From an uncultured Gammaproteobacteria bacterium (GTDB lineage Bacteria > Patescibacteriota > Microgenomatia > UBA8517), in assembly GCA_964599625.1 (NCBI GenBank), contig CAZRGC010000002.1:135883-199882 (forward strand): a stretch of DNA of 64,000 nucleotides, written 5' to 3'. A program made the position numbers and the translations under genes. The notes under the pieces were generated by a model. It did no database searches. It had not been told where the DNA came from and saw only the letters and a program-made list of their open reading frames with translations. This document shows positions 9,895 to 18,626 of the stretch, one piece after another (the stretch's first letter is position 1; each line of letters opens with the position of its first letter).

Positions 9895-11115
9895 TTACTT
9901 AACCGTTAGAGTAAATAAATTTGAAGGTGTAGTTCCACCAAGATTTGTAAGTATCAAAAGCTTAGTGGCGTTTGAAAACGGAAAAGCAAAAGGTGAAACA
10001 TACGATCCTGAATATACAACCTGTCTATTGGTCCCGTCGTAGTCCATAACATAAACTTTACCTTCCTCTGCAAATATCAGATGCCTGCTTGTAGTAAGCC
10101 ATCTGACTGCGGGGGGAGACTTGGCAATTACCGGATTGCCCAAGATTACAGGTTTGTCGGATATAAGAAAGTTTTTATCTTCTTTTGTGTCATAAATATA
10201 TGTGTGCCCTGCAACAATTTCTCTTTCTTCGGCCTGAGTAGAGGCTCCTGGGAGGGGAGCTATGAGCTTTTCTTTAAGTACTGCGGATGCGCTAGCAGTA
10301 TAAAGTATCATTGTGTCATCAGGAGCAAAAACATATGCGGAAGATTTTCTAGTCAGTACATCAGAAAATTCTTGAGGAAGACTCCTCATCAGGCTTTCAT
10401 CTTTGACTTTCTTTTCTTTTGCCCAACCTTCCAATATAGCTTCCTTTCTTGCTGATACATTTGTCATCTGGCTTTGTGGTGTAAATGATCCAGAATCAAT
10501 CAGAAATACACTGTTAGATGTAGTCAAAAGCATTTGTCTGCCGTCTGGGGAAAAGACGTAGCTGGTGTCTGTGAGATCGCCGTCTATTAGTCTCTTGGGG
10601 TCATTTGAGAATCCCAACGGAAGACTTAGGACATCCATTGTCCAAAGGCCAGGTTTTCCCGGATCTATTTCTTTGCTATATGGAATACTGAAGGCAATCT
10701 TAGTGCCGTCGGCAGACATCACCGGGTTTTGTGCACCGTAAAAAGTGACTGGTGACAATGAGGGCGCGTTCCTAAAAAGAGACACGTTTGCGGAGGTTAC
10801 TATTTCTTTTTCAATAGTTAGGCGCTTTTTCCAACTGAAAAAACCGTCTTTTTTGACCTCAACATCGTATATGCCTGGTGGAATCGATATGCTTGCGTTT
10901 GTGGCAGTCTTGAGATCGCCATTTATGTAAACAGATGCTCCGTCAGGTTCTGATTTGATTACAAGAATCCCGTTTGGCTCGAACCTTATTTGTCCCTGGG
11001 AAAAAAGTGTCTTAAAGTTAAGTCGGTAACCCCTTGCGTAAAATGAAGCTATTACGCCAACAACTCCAACAACTAAAAGTGTCGAAAAAAACACAAAAAC
11101 GCGTATTTTGGCCAT
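9895..11115 (-). CDS. membrane-anchored PEGA-domain / beta-propeller (TolB-like) protein
   Basis: N-terminal signal anchor MAKIRVFVFFSTLLVVGVVGVIA. PEGA-like block PDGASVYINGDLKTATNASISIPPGIYDVEVKKDGF. The remainder is rich in beta-strand repeats. 406 aa. Confidence 0.6.
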   Translation of the reverse strand: MAKIRVFVFFSTLLVVGVVGVIASFYARGYRLNFKTLFSQGQIRFEPNGILVIKSEPDGASVYINGDLKTATNASISIPPGIYDVEVKKDGFFSWKKRLTIEKEIVTSANVSLFRNAPSLSPVTFYGAQNPVMSADGTKIAFSIPYSKEIDPGKPGLWTMDVLSLPLGFSNDPKRLIDGDLTDTSYVFSPDGRQMLLTTSNSVFLIDSGSFTPQSQMTNVSARKEAILEGWAKEKKVKDESLMRSLPQEFSDVLTRKSSAYVFAPDDTMILYTASASAVLKEKLIAPLPGASTQAEEREIVAGHTYIYDTKEDKNFLISDKPVILGNPVIAKSPPAVRWLTTSRHLIFAEEGKVYVMDYDGTNRQVVYSGSYVSPFAFPFSNATKLLILTNLGGTTPSNLFTLTVK

Positions 11116-11242
11116 GGGCTAATTATACAACAACCTCAGGCGGGACTCATGCTCTAATAACCTGTTATACTCAGGAAATTTGGTTTAGAACAAAGTGGTT
11201 GGGGAGTATATAATGCCCTTTGGTGCCTAATTAATTCAAAGA

Positions 11243-12250
11243 ATGCTACGTAAAAATATTGCCATAGATCTTGGAACGGCCAATACATTGGTTTGGGTTG
11301 CCGGTGAAGGTTTGGTGGTAAACGAACCTACAGTTGTGGCTATTTCAGCGGATGACAGCAAAGTTGTGGCTGTCGGTGAGGATGCAAAACGAATGCTTGG
11401 AAGAACTCCTGAGACATTGATAGCCAGTAGGCCGATGCGTGATGGTGTAATTGCCGATTACCAGGTGACAGAAGCAATGCTTAGGTACTTTATTGGTAAA
11501 GTTGTAGGAAGGTTCCAATTTTTTAAGCCAGAAGTTATGGTTTGCGTGCCTGCCGGGTGTACTCAGGTAGAACGCCGCGCAGCATTGGATGCCACACTGT
11601 CTGCGGGTGCAGCCCACGCATACTTAATAGATGAGCCGCTTGCGGCAGCCATAGGTGCAGGAATACCCGTATCAGCACCTTCCGGACATATGATCGTCGA
11701 CATTGGCGGCGGTTCTACCGAGGCTGCGGTTATATCGCTTGGTGGTGTTGTAACTCACAAATCTGTAAGGGTGGCTGGCAACAAGATAGACGAGGCGATT
11801 CAAAGTTTTCTTAAAAAGAAACACAATCTTATTGTGGGGGATCAAACAGCAGAAGAGATTAAGCTAAAACTAGGTTCAGCGATTCCGCTCGAGAAAGAGG
11901 AAAAGATCGAAATATCAGGACGTGATCTGGTGTTTGGGCTTCCACGAAGCGTTCCAATATCCTCAAACGAAGTAAATGAAGCAATAATGCCAGTACTTAT
12001 GCAAATAGTAAGCGGAGTCAAAGGTGTTTTGGAAGATACGCCGCCGGAGCTGGCAGCGGATATAATAGATAAAGGAATAGTTATGAGTGGTGGAACATCA
12101 CTTTTGAGAAACTTTGACAAGCTAATGACCAAAGAAACTGGAGTTCCGGCGCACGTTGCTGACGAGTCGTTACTTTGTGTTGTTCGGGGTACAGGTCTCG
12201 TTTTGGAAAATATAGAACTTTGGAAGCGCAGTGTTACAACAAAAAGGTAA
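11243..12250 (+). CDS. mreB: rod-shape determining protein MreB (actin-like ATPase)
   Basis: N-terminus IAIDLGTANTLVWV with phosphate-1 motif, then DIGGGSTE phosphate-2 and the ...GIVMSGGTSLLRNFDKLM adenosine motif. 335 aa. Confidence 0.9.
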   Translation: MLRKNIAIDLGTANTLVWVAGEGLVVNEPTVVAISADDSKVVAVGEDAKRMLGRTPETLIASRPMRDGVIADYQVTEAMLRYFIGKVVGRFQFFKPEVMVCVPAGCTQVERRAALDATLSAGAAHAYLIDEPLAAAIGAGIPVSAPSGHMIVDIGGGSTEAAVISLGGVVTHKSVRVAGNKIDEAIQSFLKKKHNLIVGDQTAEEIKLKLGSAIPLEKEEKIEISGRDLVFGLPRSVPISSNEVNEAIMPVLMQIVSGVKGVLEDTPPELAADIIDKGIVMSGGTSLLRNFDKLMTKETGVPAHVADESLLCVVRGTGLVLENIELWKRSVTTKR

Positions 12251-12730
12251 ACTGCTGGCAGGTTTTAGTGATTGTTATCAGCTTAAACCCCGCGGTATCA
12301 ATTTGACAATATAGGGTAGTAGTTTTTTATAAATGTTTTATAAATTATAGGTATATTACACATTCTTTAATATATAAAATTAGTATACAAAAGGGATCTG
12401 GCACTTTTCACAAAACATAAATAATTTACTATCACACAAGAGAACTATAGTAAAATAATATTTTGTAGTTATTTTTGAGGATGGGTTGAGGATAAGTATA
12501 AAAAAGTAGCTACAAAAAATCGAACTAAAAATTTGAACAAATTTAAGTTTATTAAGTAAAAATTATTTCTAGAAAATTCCTGTAGTATCTAAACAACAAG
12601 ATATCAGAAAAATTAAACATAATACACTATCGGAAAATTTAATAAATTTTTTATAGGTTAAACTTGTTTGCGGAGAATATGAGATAATTGTTGTATTCCA
12701 AATAAATTATAAGATAATTACCAGAATCAA

Positions 12731-13651
12731 ATGTCAAAAAATATAAAAAAAACAGTAAAAAAATCCCGTGAATACGCCACTATCATGGGAATTAAAGTTC
12801 TTAGCACTTCAAATGCTAAAGTGCTAACGAGAGTAAGTGATTTTATATCCCATAATAGGTCAAACAACAAAAACAAGGCTAAAATATACATCGTTACCCC
12901 CAATCCCGAGATTGTCCTTATGTCTCAGAAAAACCCCAGGTTGAAAAGCGCAATAAATAACGCAGATATCTCAATTCCGGACGGTGTAGGCCTTTCCCAG
13001 GCGGATTCTTTTTTAAGAAAAGACCTCGGTAATAGTTTTTTGGAACGTTTTATCAGGGGACTTTTTTACGGCTTGAAACTTGGGTATCAAACAATTGTCC
13101 GAAAGCCGATCGCGGGCGACGGCCTAAATATTATAAAAGGAAGAGTACTTTTTTCTGAACTTATCTCGCTTGCTTCTCAAAAAGGTTGGAAAGTCTTTTT
13201 ACTTGGCGGTCTTTCGGGAGAGGCCCAGGAGTGTCAGGAGACATTGGTCAAAATTTATCCCAAATTAAAAGTGCAAAGTTTTCAGGGGCCTTATTTAGAT
13301 AAAAATGCAAAACCTGTTACAGATTTTGATATAAAGTTACATTATGATGCAGTCAAATTAATCAATAATTACAAACCGGAACTTCTTTTTGTGGCATTTG
13401 AAAATCCAAAACAGGAAATTTGGATATCGGAAAATCTTTCGAAACTTAATACAAAAGTGGCAATGGCTGTTGGTGGAACCTTCCGTTATGTTGCGGGCCA
13501 TAGAAGACTTCCATCAGAGGGGTTTGAAAACTCCGGGCTTGAATGGTTGTGGAGGCTTGCAACTGAGCCAAAAAGGTTCAAAAGAGTTTGGAATGCGTTC
13601 CCTGTGTTCCCGTTAAAAATATTTTTGATGAAGATCTCGAACAAAACCTAA
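12731..13651 (+). CDS. WecB/TagA/CpsF-family glycosyltransferase (N-acetylmannosaminyltransferase-like)
   Basis: C-terminal block GLEWLWRLATEPKRFKRVWNAFPVFPLKIF matches the WecG/TagA family signature. 306 aa. Preceded by a 480-bp AT-rich non-coding region. Confidence 0.75.
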   Translation: MSKNIKKTVKKSREYATIMGIKVLSTSNAKVLTRVSDFISHNRSNNKNKAKIYIVTPNPEIVLMSQKNPRLKSAINNADISIPDGVGLSQADSFLRKDLGNSFLERFIRGLFYGLKLGYQTIVRKPIAGDGLNIIKGRVLFSELISLASQKGWKVFLLGGLSGEAQECQETLVKIYPKLKVQSFQGPYLDKNAKPVTDFDIKLHYDAVKLINNYKPELLFVAFENPKQEIWISENLSKLNTKVAMAVGGTFRYVAGHRRLPSEGFENSGLEWLWRLATEPKRFKRVWNAFPVFPLKIFLMKISNKT

Positions 13652-14598
13652 GAATATTTTTTAACCAGCTCGCTTCCAACCCTCCTTATATCTTTTAGTT
13701 TATTCTCTTTATTGGATTGTCCTATGTTGGTCAACTGTTTCCAGATACTGTCAACTTCATCTTGACTTATCTTCGATGTTACTTTGTTTATTTCTGTGAT
13801 CGCGCGATCATTCAAACCTGTTTTCTCAATAACAGCTGTTGATATGAGAAAGGTTTGAATAAAGGCTTTTTTATAGTCGTAGTCGCTTATATATTTTTCC
13901 GGATTGTAATTCAGGGCGCGAGTGATTTGTATAGAAAGCGGATAAACAACCAGCGGCTTATACATTATTCGCCTTGCAGAGGTGTTTCCTGTTTTTTTAA
14001 CATACTCCCGGTGGGTGGCTGTGTGTGTAGCGCCCTGAATAACCAAAACCGATTTTCCAGACCATCTATCTTTGTTTTGCTGTTCGAGTTGAGACACCTG
14101 TTCTGCAACAGCCCTTTCGCGATCCCTGTTTGCCACAGCTTCGAGTACCATGTAGTTTTTGTACTCAGCAAACGCCTCGTCAATATCTCCAAATTCTAAT
14201 GCCGTTTCGCAGTCAAGCATTTTTAGGCCGGCTTTGAAACTGGATTCGTCAGCCTGGCTTTCCCAGGAAGCGTCAACTATGTGGAACTCCTTTTGATGTT
14301 TGATGCAACTATTGGCGATATTTTCAAAAATGTTGTTTCCGGTGGATCTTAGCATTGTCTGGAGTTTAACGGCCTCTGGTGAGTTTGGGTTTTTGGTTGC
14401 AAAAGTAATTTGTTCTTCCAAAAGTCTTCTGTCTTCATCTGTCTGTCCCATTCCTTCCATCAAAACAATGTCGTGTCTTTTGATAACACCAATGATGCTA
14501 CCAGCTGAACTTTTTGAATGTTCGGTGTAATAGAAATCAATTTGAGGTGGTTTTACTTTTTCCTCAATTACACCTGCGTCTATTGGGTGCTCGCTCAT
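13648..14598 (-). CDS. hypothetical protein
   Basis: 316-aa ORF, divergently oriented from the RelA/SpoT-like gene. No motif recognised. Confidence 0.45.
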   Translation of the reverse strand: MSEHPIDAGVIEEKVKPPQIDFYYTEHSKSSAGSIIGVIKRHDIVLMEGMGQTDEDRRLLEEQITFATKNPNSPEAVKLQTMLRSTGNNIFENIANSCIKHQKEFHIVDASWESQADESSFKAGLKMLDCETALEFGDIDEAFAEYKNYMVLEAVANRDRERAVAEQVSQLEQQNKDRWSGKSVLVIQGATHTATHREYVKKTGNTSARRIMYKPLVVYPLSIQITRALNYNPEKYISDYDYKKAFIQTFLISTAVIEKTGLNDRAITEINKVTSKISQDEVDSIWKQLTNIGQSNKENKLKDIRRVGSELVKKYS

Positions 14599-14654
14599 GC
14601 TTTAATCTTATCATCAAAAACTGTCTTGACATTCATGTTACACTTCGGATACTT

Positions 14655-15230
14655 ATGGCTGAAAAATTAAAAGTATATCCTCCAAGAATGCCCTTTAATG
14701 CTTATGAACAAATACAAATACTTCCAGATTTTGATTTCAGAATGCGAATCTCCAGCAACCTTTTTGCGGGTGTGGGTTATTATTTGAATCTATTGGGTGT
14801 TTCTTTTGATAAAGATTTGAGTACGTTCCGTGCAAAAGATGTAGAGCGGATTCAGGAGAAGATAACAAGAAGAAATTCGGCAGTTCCGGTGCGAGACATC
14901 TATGGTATAAGAATTATCACAGAAGACCCCAGGCGTAGTTGGATTAAAGACATTCTGCAAAAAGCCTATCCGCTGACTCCGGATATGTTTCCTGACGGCA
15001 AACCAAGTGTTCGTGAATATGCAAACCCAACAATTAGGGAATTCTTTAGGGAAAAACATAATCCGCATACAAGCCCTTTGTACAGCGCCTTGCACGTAAA
15101 TGTTGTATTCGAACGCCTGGGCTCCCATCTTTTGGACATTGCCGAGATACAAATTATGAACAAAAGGGAGTTGGAGATATACAACGATACGCGCGAGGAA
15201 TATCTCAGAAATCGGACTTCGGGTTCCTAG
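14655..15230 (+). CDS. stand-alone RelA/SpoT-synthetase-domain nucleotidyltransferase (small alarmone synthetase-like)
   Basis: Blocks match the Rel/Spo synthetase fold in order: RAKDVERIQEKITRR (G-R-x-K helper), DIYGIRIIT (D-x-x-G-x-R-V-I), REYANPTIREF...YSALHVNVVF (K-D-Y-I...Y-x-S-L-H), IAEIQIMNKRELEIY (E-I-Q-I-R-T). ATG at 14655 chosen from the longer ORF 14514..15230. Confidence 0.6.
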   Translation: MAEKLKVYPPRMPFNAYEQIQILPDFDFRMRISSNLFAGVGYYLNLLGVSFDKDLSTFRAKDVERIQEKITRRNSAVPVRDIYGIRIITEDPRRSWIKDILQKAYPLTPDMFPDGKPSVREYANPTIREFFREKHNPHTSPLYSALHVNVVFERLGSHLLDIAEIQIMNKRELEIYNDTREEYLRNRTSGS

Positions 15231-15732
15231 GATTTTCGGACCAGGCCTTAGCAAAAGAATGTTTGGCTCTGTAAATTTTTCCCTCCACAGCACGCTCCGA
15301 GATTCCCAGTATTTTTGATATTTCTGTATAAGAAAGGTTGTACCAGTACCTAAACTGCAAAAGCCTCCTTTTGTCGGGGGGTAAAAGGTCCAAACAATCG
15401 TTTACCGACGCCCTCAGGTCATTAAGTGCGGTCAGTTCTTCGGGTGAGAGCGAGTCGGAGTCCGCATTTGCCATTGCGTCAATCAAGGGGACAACGAGGC
15501 GAGATCTTCTGTTGACTTGATCGTGGTAATAGTCCGCTATTTTGTTAAGCGCTATCCTACAAAGCCATGTAAAAAACGAAGATTTGTTTTTGAAGCTTTT
15601 ATAGCCTTTCCATGCGGCCTCGAATGTTTGTGCAATTATATCCTCTGCGGTATCAGGATCGCTACCGATCTTTTTGAACACAAACTTTGTCAAAGGCCCA
15701 ACAAATTGTTTGTATAACTTTTCGAATTGCAT
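15205..15732 (-). CDS. ECF-type RNA polymerase sigma factor (sigma-70 regions 2 and 4)
   Basis: Region 2: LYKQFVGPLTKFVFKKIGSDPDTAEDIIAQTFEAAWKGY. Region 4 HTH: RLLQFRYWYNLSYTEISKILGISERAVEGKIYRAKH. Start taken at MQFEKLYKQ (15732). The 3' end overlaps the convergent RelA/SpoT-like gene by 26 bp. Confidence 0.75.
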   Translation of the reverse strand: MQFEKLYKQFVGPLTKFVFKKIGSDPDTAEDIIAQTFEAAWKGYKSFKNKSSFFTWLCRIALNKIADYYHDQVNRRSRLVVPLIDAMANADSDSLSPEELTALNDLRASVNDCLDLLPPDKRRLLQFRYWYNLSYTEISKILGISERAVEGKIYRAKHSFAKAWSENPRNPKSDF

Positions 15733-15820
15733 GGTACACAGTATATACCTAATTGCAGGTTGTGACAGTTTGGAATACACATTCGTAACAAGGTAACCGG
15801 CTGGTGATAGAATACGCATA

Positions 15821-16603
15821 ATGAAAGATCTTGTACTCATCAAACTTGGAGGGAGTGTTATTACAGATAAAAGTAAACCCTTTACCGCCAGATTGGATGT
15901 TATAGATAGGCTTGCACGCAGGATAAAAAACAAATATATAAGCCGTGACTTTGATTTGATAGTCGGTCATGGGGGTGGGAGTTTCCCACACGTGCCTGCC
16001 GCAAAATATCAGACCCAAAAAGGCATTGTAAATGACAAAAGTGTCTGGGGTTTTTGCCTTACTGCAGACGCTGCTATTCAAATAAATCGAATAGTTTTGG
16101 CCAGGCTTCTAAAATATAAAATCCCAGCAGTTTCATTTGCTCCATTAAGTTTTATTACTCAAAAGTCGGTTTCAACCATGCATATTCAAAAAGCATTACA
16201 AATAGGCATCGTTCCTGTTGTTTACGGTGATCTGGTGATGAATGAAAAACAAGGGTTTCAGATATACTCGGGGGAAAAGACACTGGATGTGTTGGCAAAT
16301 AAACTTAGAAAGAATTACAAAAAAGTCACAATAATCTACTATACAGACACATTTGGGGTTTATGACAACAAAGGAAAAACAATTCCAGTTATCACACCAT
16401 CAAACTATCTCAGTATCAAGAAATTTTTGGTGGGTAGCTCCCATACCGATGTAACTGGGGGAATGCTTCACAAAGTCGAAGAAAGTTTGGCGTTTGTAAA
16501 GAAATTTGATGCACAAATTTATATTTTGAATGGTTTAAGTAAAGGTCCTTTTACCAAAATATCAAAACATATCCGTGTCAACGCTCATGATTTTGAGCCA
16601 TAA
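15821..16603 (+). CDS. isopentenyl phosphate kinase (amino-acid-kinase fold)
   Basis: N-terminal LVLIKLGGSVITDK glycine loop, IVGHGGGSFPH, and the IPK-characteristic DVTGGM block near the C-terminus. 260 aa. Sits beside two prenyltransferase genes. Confidence 0.7.
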   Translation: MKDLVLIKLGGSVITDKSKPFTARLDVIDRLARRIKNKYISRDFDLIVGHGGGSFPHVPAAKYQTQKGIVNDKSVWGFCLTADAAIQINRIVLARLLKYKIPAVSFAPLSFITQKSVSTMHIQKALQIGIVPVVYGDLVMNEKQGFQIYSGEKTLDVLANKLRKNYKKVTIIYYTDTFGVYDNKGKTIPVITPSNYLSIKKFLVGSSHTDVTGGMLHKVEESLAFVKKFDAQIYILNGLSKGPFTKISKHIRVNAHDFEP

Positions 16604-16914
16604 CATTTCGGTTTCAGTAATCTCCATACCCATTCTTGCTTTTGCTTTCAATGTTTCTTTTGCATCAGCTATTTCGGTGGGTGGCTTCTTTCCCCAAATA
16701 AATTCCCAGGCAATGCCGTAAAGAGTGATGTCTCCGCCGGGATCGGGAATGGGATTTTGCTCCAAAAATTTGTCCAGGGTAAGTGCGTTTTCAGAAACCC
16801 AGCTTTCGGCTGCCGGAACCCCTGTTTGCATGCCGTAGAATTCAAATTTGCGGTTCATTCTTTGGATCTCGGTTCCCAGTATTCCGCCCAATAGTATTTC
16901 TTTTGATTTCATTT
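16562..16914 (-). CDS. hypothetical protein
   Basis: ORF 16562..17095 trimmed to MKSKEILLGG (16914). The upstream part of the long ORF is AT-rich and low-complexity. No motif. Confidence 0.35.
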
Positions 16915-17192
16915 CGTGGGTGTTTTGTTGCAAAAACAGACTAATGAGTATACCACTTGGTAAAAATACAATTTTATGAAAGAAAATATGCATATAGAAA
17001 TCGATATAAAAGAATTTTTGGATGATCTTACTATAGAAAGCGGAAGAAGAATGGTGGCCAAAGGTCAAGATGTGGATACCCGGAGCCTTGCACAACGAAG
17101 GAAAGAAGCTTTAGAAAGTCAAAATGAAGCCAAAGGCCAAAATGCCAGGTCGCACGGGGTGCTTGATTAGCTTCAGGTGTTATAATTGCGCC

Positions 17193-17519
17193 ATGACGGA
17201 AAGGGTTGTGACAATCGGTGTTAATCCGCAGGTAATGAGAGAAGTGGCGGCCTACAAAAGGATGGGAGATCCGATTAACGAAGAAATGGTCCAAACGACT
17301 GTGGAAGATGTTGTAGACGAACTCCACTTTCTGGGGGCAATAGATAAGAAAGAGGATGTGGTTAAGGTTGTGTTTGTTGAAGACAAAAATGTGCCGGTAG
17401 ACTCGACCTCGCGCATTGTAACTGTAGGCACTCCGGTTATGGATGAATACGGAGAAACAGAAATTGGTGTCTCGGAGCAAATTTATACTTTTGATTTTGA
17501 TATCGATTTAGGTAATTAA
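17193..17519 (+). CDS. hypothetical protein
   Basis: ORF 17124..17519. The internal Met MTERVV is the likelier start. Acidic C-terminus. Confidence 0.35.
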   Translation: MTERVVTIGVNPQVMREVAAYKRMGDPINEEMVQTTVEDVVDELHFLGAIDKKEDVVKVVFVEDKNVPVDSTSRIVTVGTPVMDEYGETEIGVSEQIYTFDFDIDLGN

Positions 17520-17531
17520 TTATATTTTTAT

Positions 17532-18608
17532 ATGAAAGGTGATTTAGGAAAAGAATATCTCAAAAAGTATCTCAGACTATCAGACCCACTTTTTGAAAAA
17601 TATCTTAAAAACAAGGAAAAAGAGTCGGCTGCAAACGACCCTTTGGCCGGAGAAATTATAAAACGCTTTACCCAGATTGCCAGGCGGGGTAAAAAGATCA
17701 GAGGAGCTTTGGTGACTTTGGCGTATCAGGTGGGTGGTGGAAAATATGACAAAAAGATAATAGACACAAGTCTTTTTATCGAACTATTCCATGCCGGAGT
17801 TCTGGTGCAGGACGATGTACAGGACAGGGGAGACTTTAGGCGCGGAATACCCACACTTCATAGGCAATTTGAAAAAAGAGCAAAACAGATTGGGGTAAAG
17901 ATCAACAAATATCACTATGGTGAAGCGATTGCCATCGACGCCTGCACATCAGCTTATTATTATTCCTGGGAAAAACTATTAGCATCCGATTTTACCCACG
18001 ATAGGCTTATAAAAACAGGCTTAATGTATTCAAAATTTATTCAAAGGTTGAGTGATGGCCAATCCTTAGATATCACAGGAGCAAGCACCAAAAAGACCAA
18101 CGAACGCTTCGTTCTTAACATGCTTAAGCTTAAATCAGCCGAATACACAGGAGTTTTGCCTCTTTTGGCTGGGGCAACGTTAGCAGGAATAACGGACAAA
18201 AAACGCCTCAATGCAATCGAAAAGTACGGCTTGGCTTTTGGCTGGGCTTTCCAAATTCAGGACGATATTTTGGGACTTTTTGGTGACGAAAAGGAATTTG
18301 GCAAGCCTGTCGGCAGCGATATTATCGAGGGCAAAAATACACTCTTTATGCTATATCTGGCCGAACACGGAACGCCAATTCAAATTAAGTTCATGAAGAA
18401 AGTTTTGGGAAATCCTAAAGCCAAACTCACCGAAATAAAAAAGCTCAAAAAGATTTTGGTGGATTCGGGGGCATACGACTACGTGGTTTCAAAGGGTTGG
18501 AAATACGTAGAACAGGGTAAGAAATATATCCCCAACATGACAAACGATCCAAAAATCAGGGAAATTTTGGAGTCCCTGATTATTTACATGATGGAAAGAA
18601 CACTTTAA
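17532..18608 (+). CDS. trans-polyprenyl diphosphate synthase (GGPP/FPP synthase family)
   Basis: First Asp-rich motif LVQDDVQDRGDFRRG (DDxxD) and second Asp-rich motif FQIQDDILGLFGDEKEFGKPVGSDIIEGK. 358 aa. Confidence 0.85.
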   Translation: MKGDLGKEYLKKYLRLSDPLFEKYLKNKEKESAANDPLAGEIIKRFTQIARRGKKIRGALVTLAYQVGGGKYDKKIIDTSLFIELFHAGVLVQDDVQDRGDFRRGIPTLHRQFEKRAKQIGVKINKYHYGEAIAIDACTSAYYYSWEKLLASDFTHDRLIKTGLMYSKFIQRLSDGQSLDITGASTKKTNERFVLNMLKLKSAEYTGVLPLLAGATLAGITDKKRLNAIEKYGLAFGWAFQIQDDILGLFGDEKEFGKPVGSDIIEGKNTLFMLYLAEHGTPIQIKFMKKVLGNPKAKLTEIKKLKKILVDSGAYDYVVSKGWKYVEQGKKYIPNMTNDPKIREILESLIIYMMERTL

Positions 18609-18626
18609 AGCTTATACACTTTACCT

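Noticed and set aside
12251-12730. Replication origin
   Set aside because: No dnaA gene is adjacent and no recognisable DnaA-box consensus (TTATCCACA-like) clusters were seen. AT-richness alone is insufficient.
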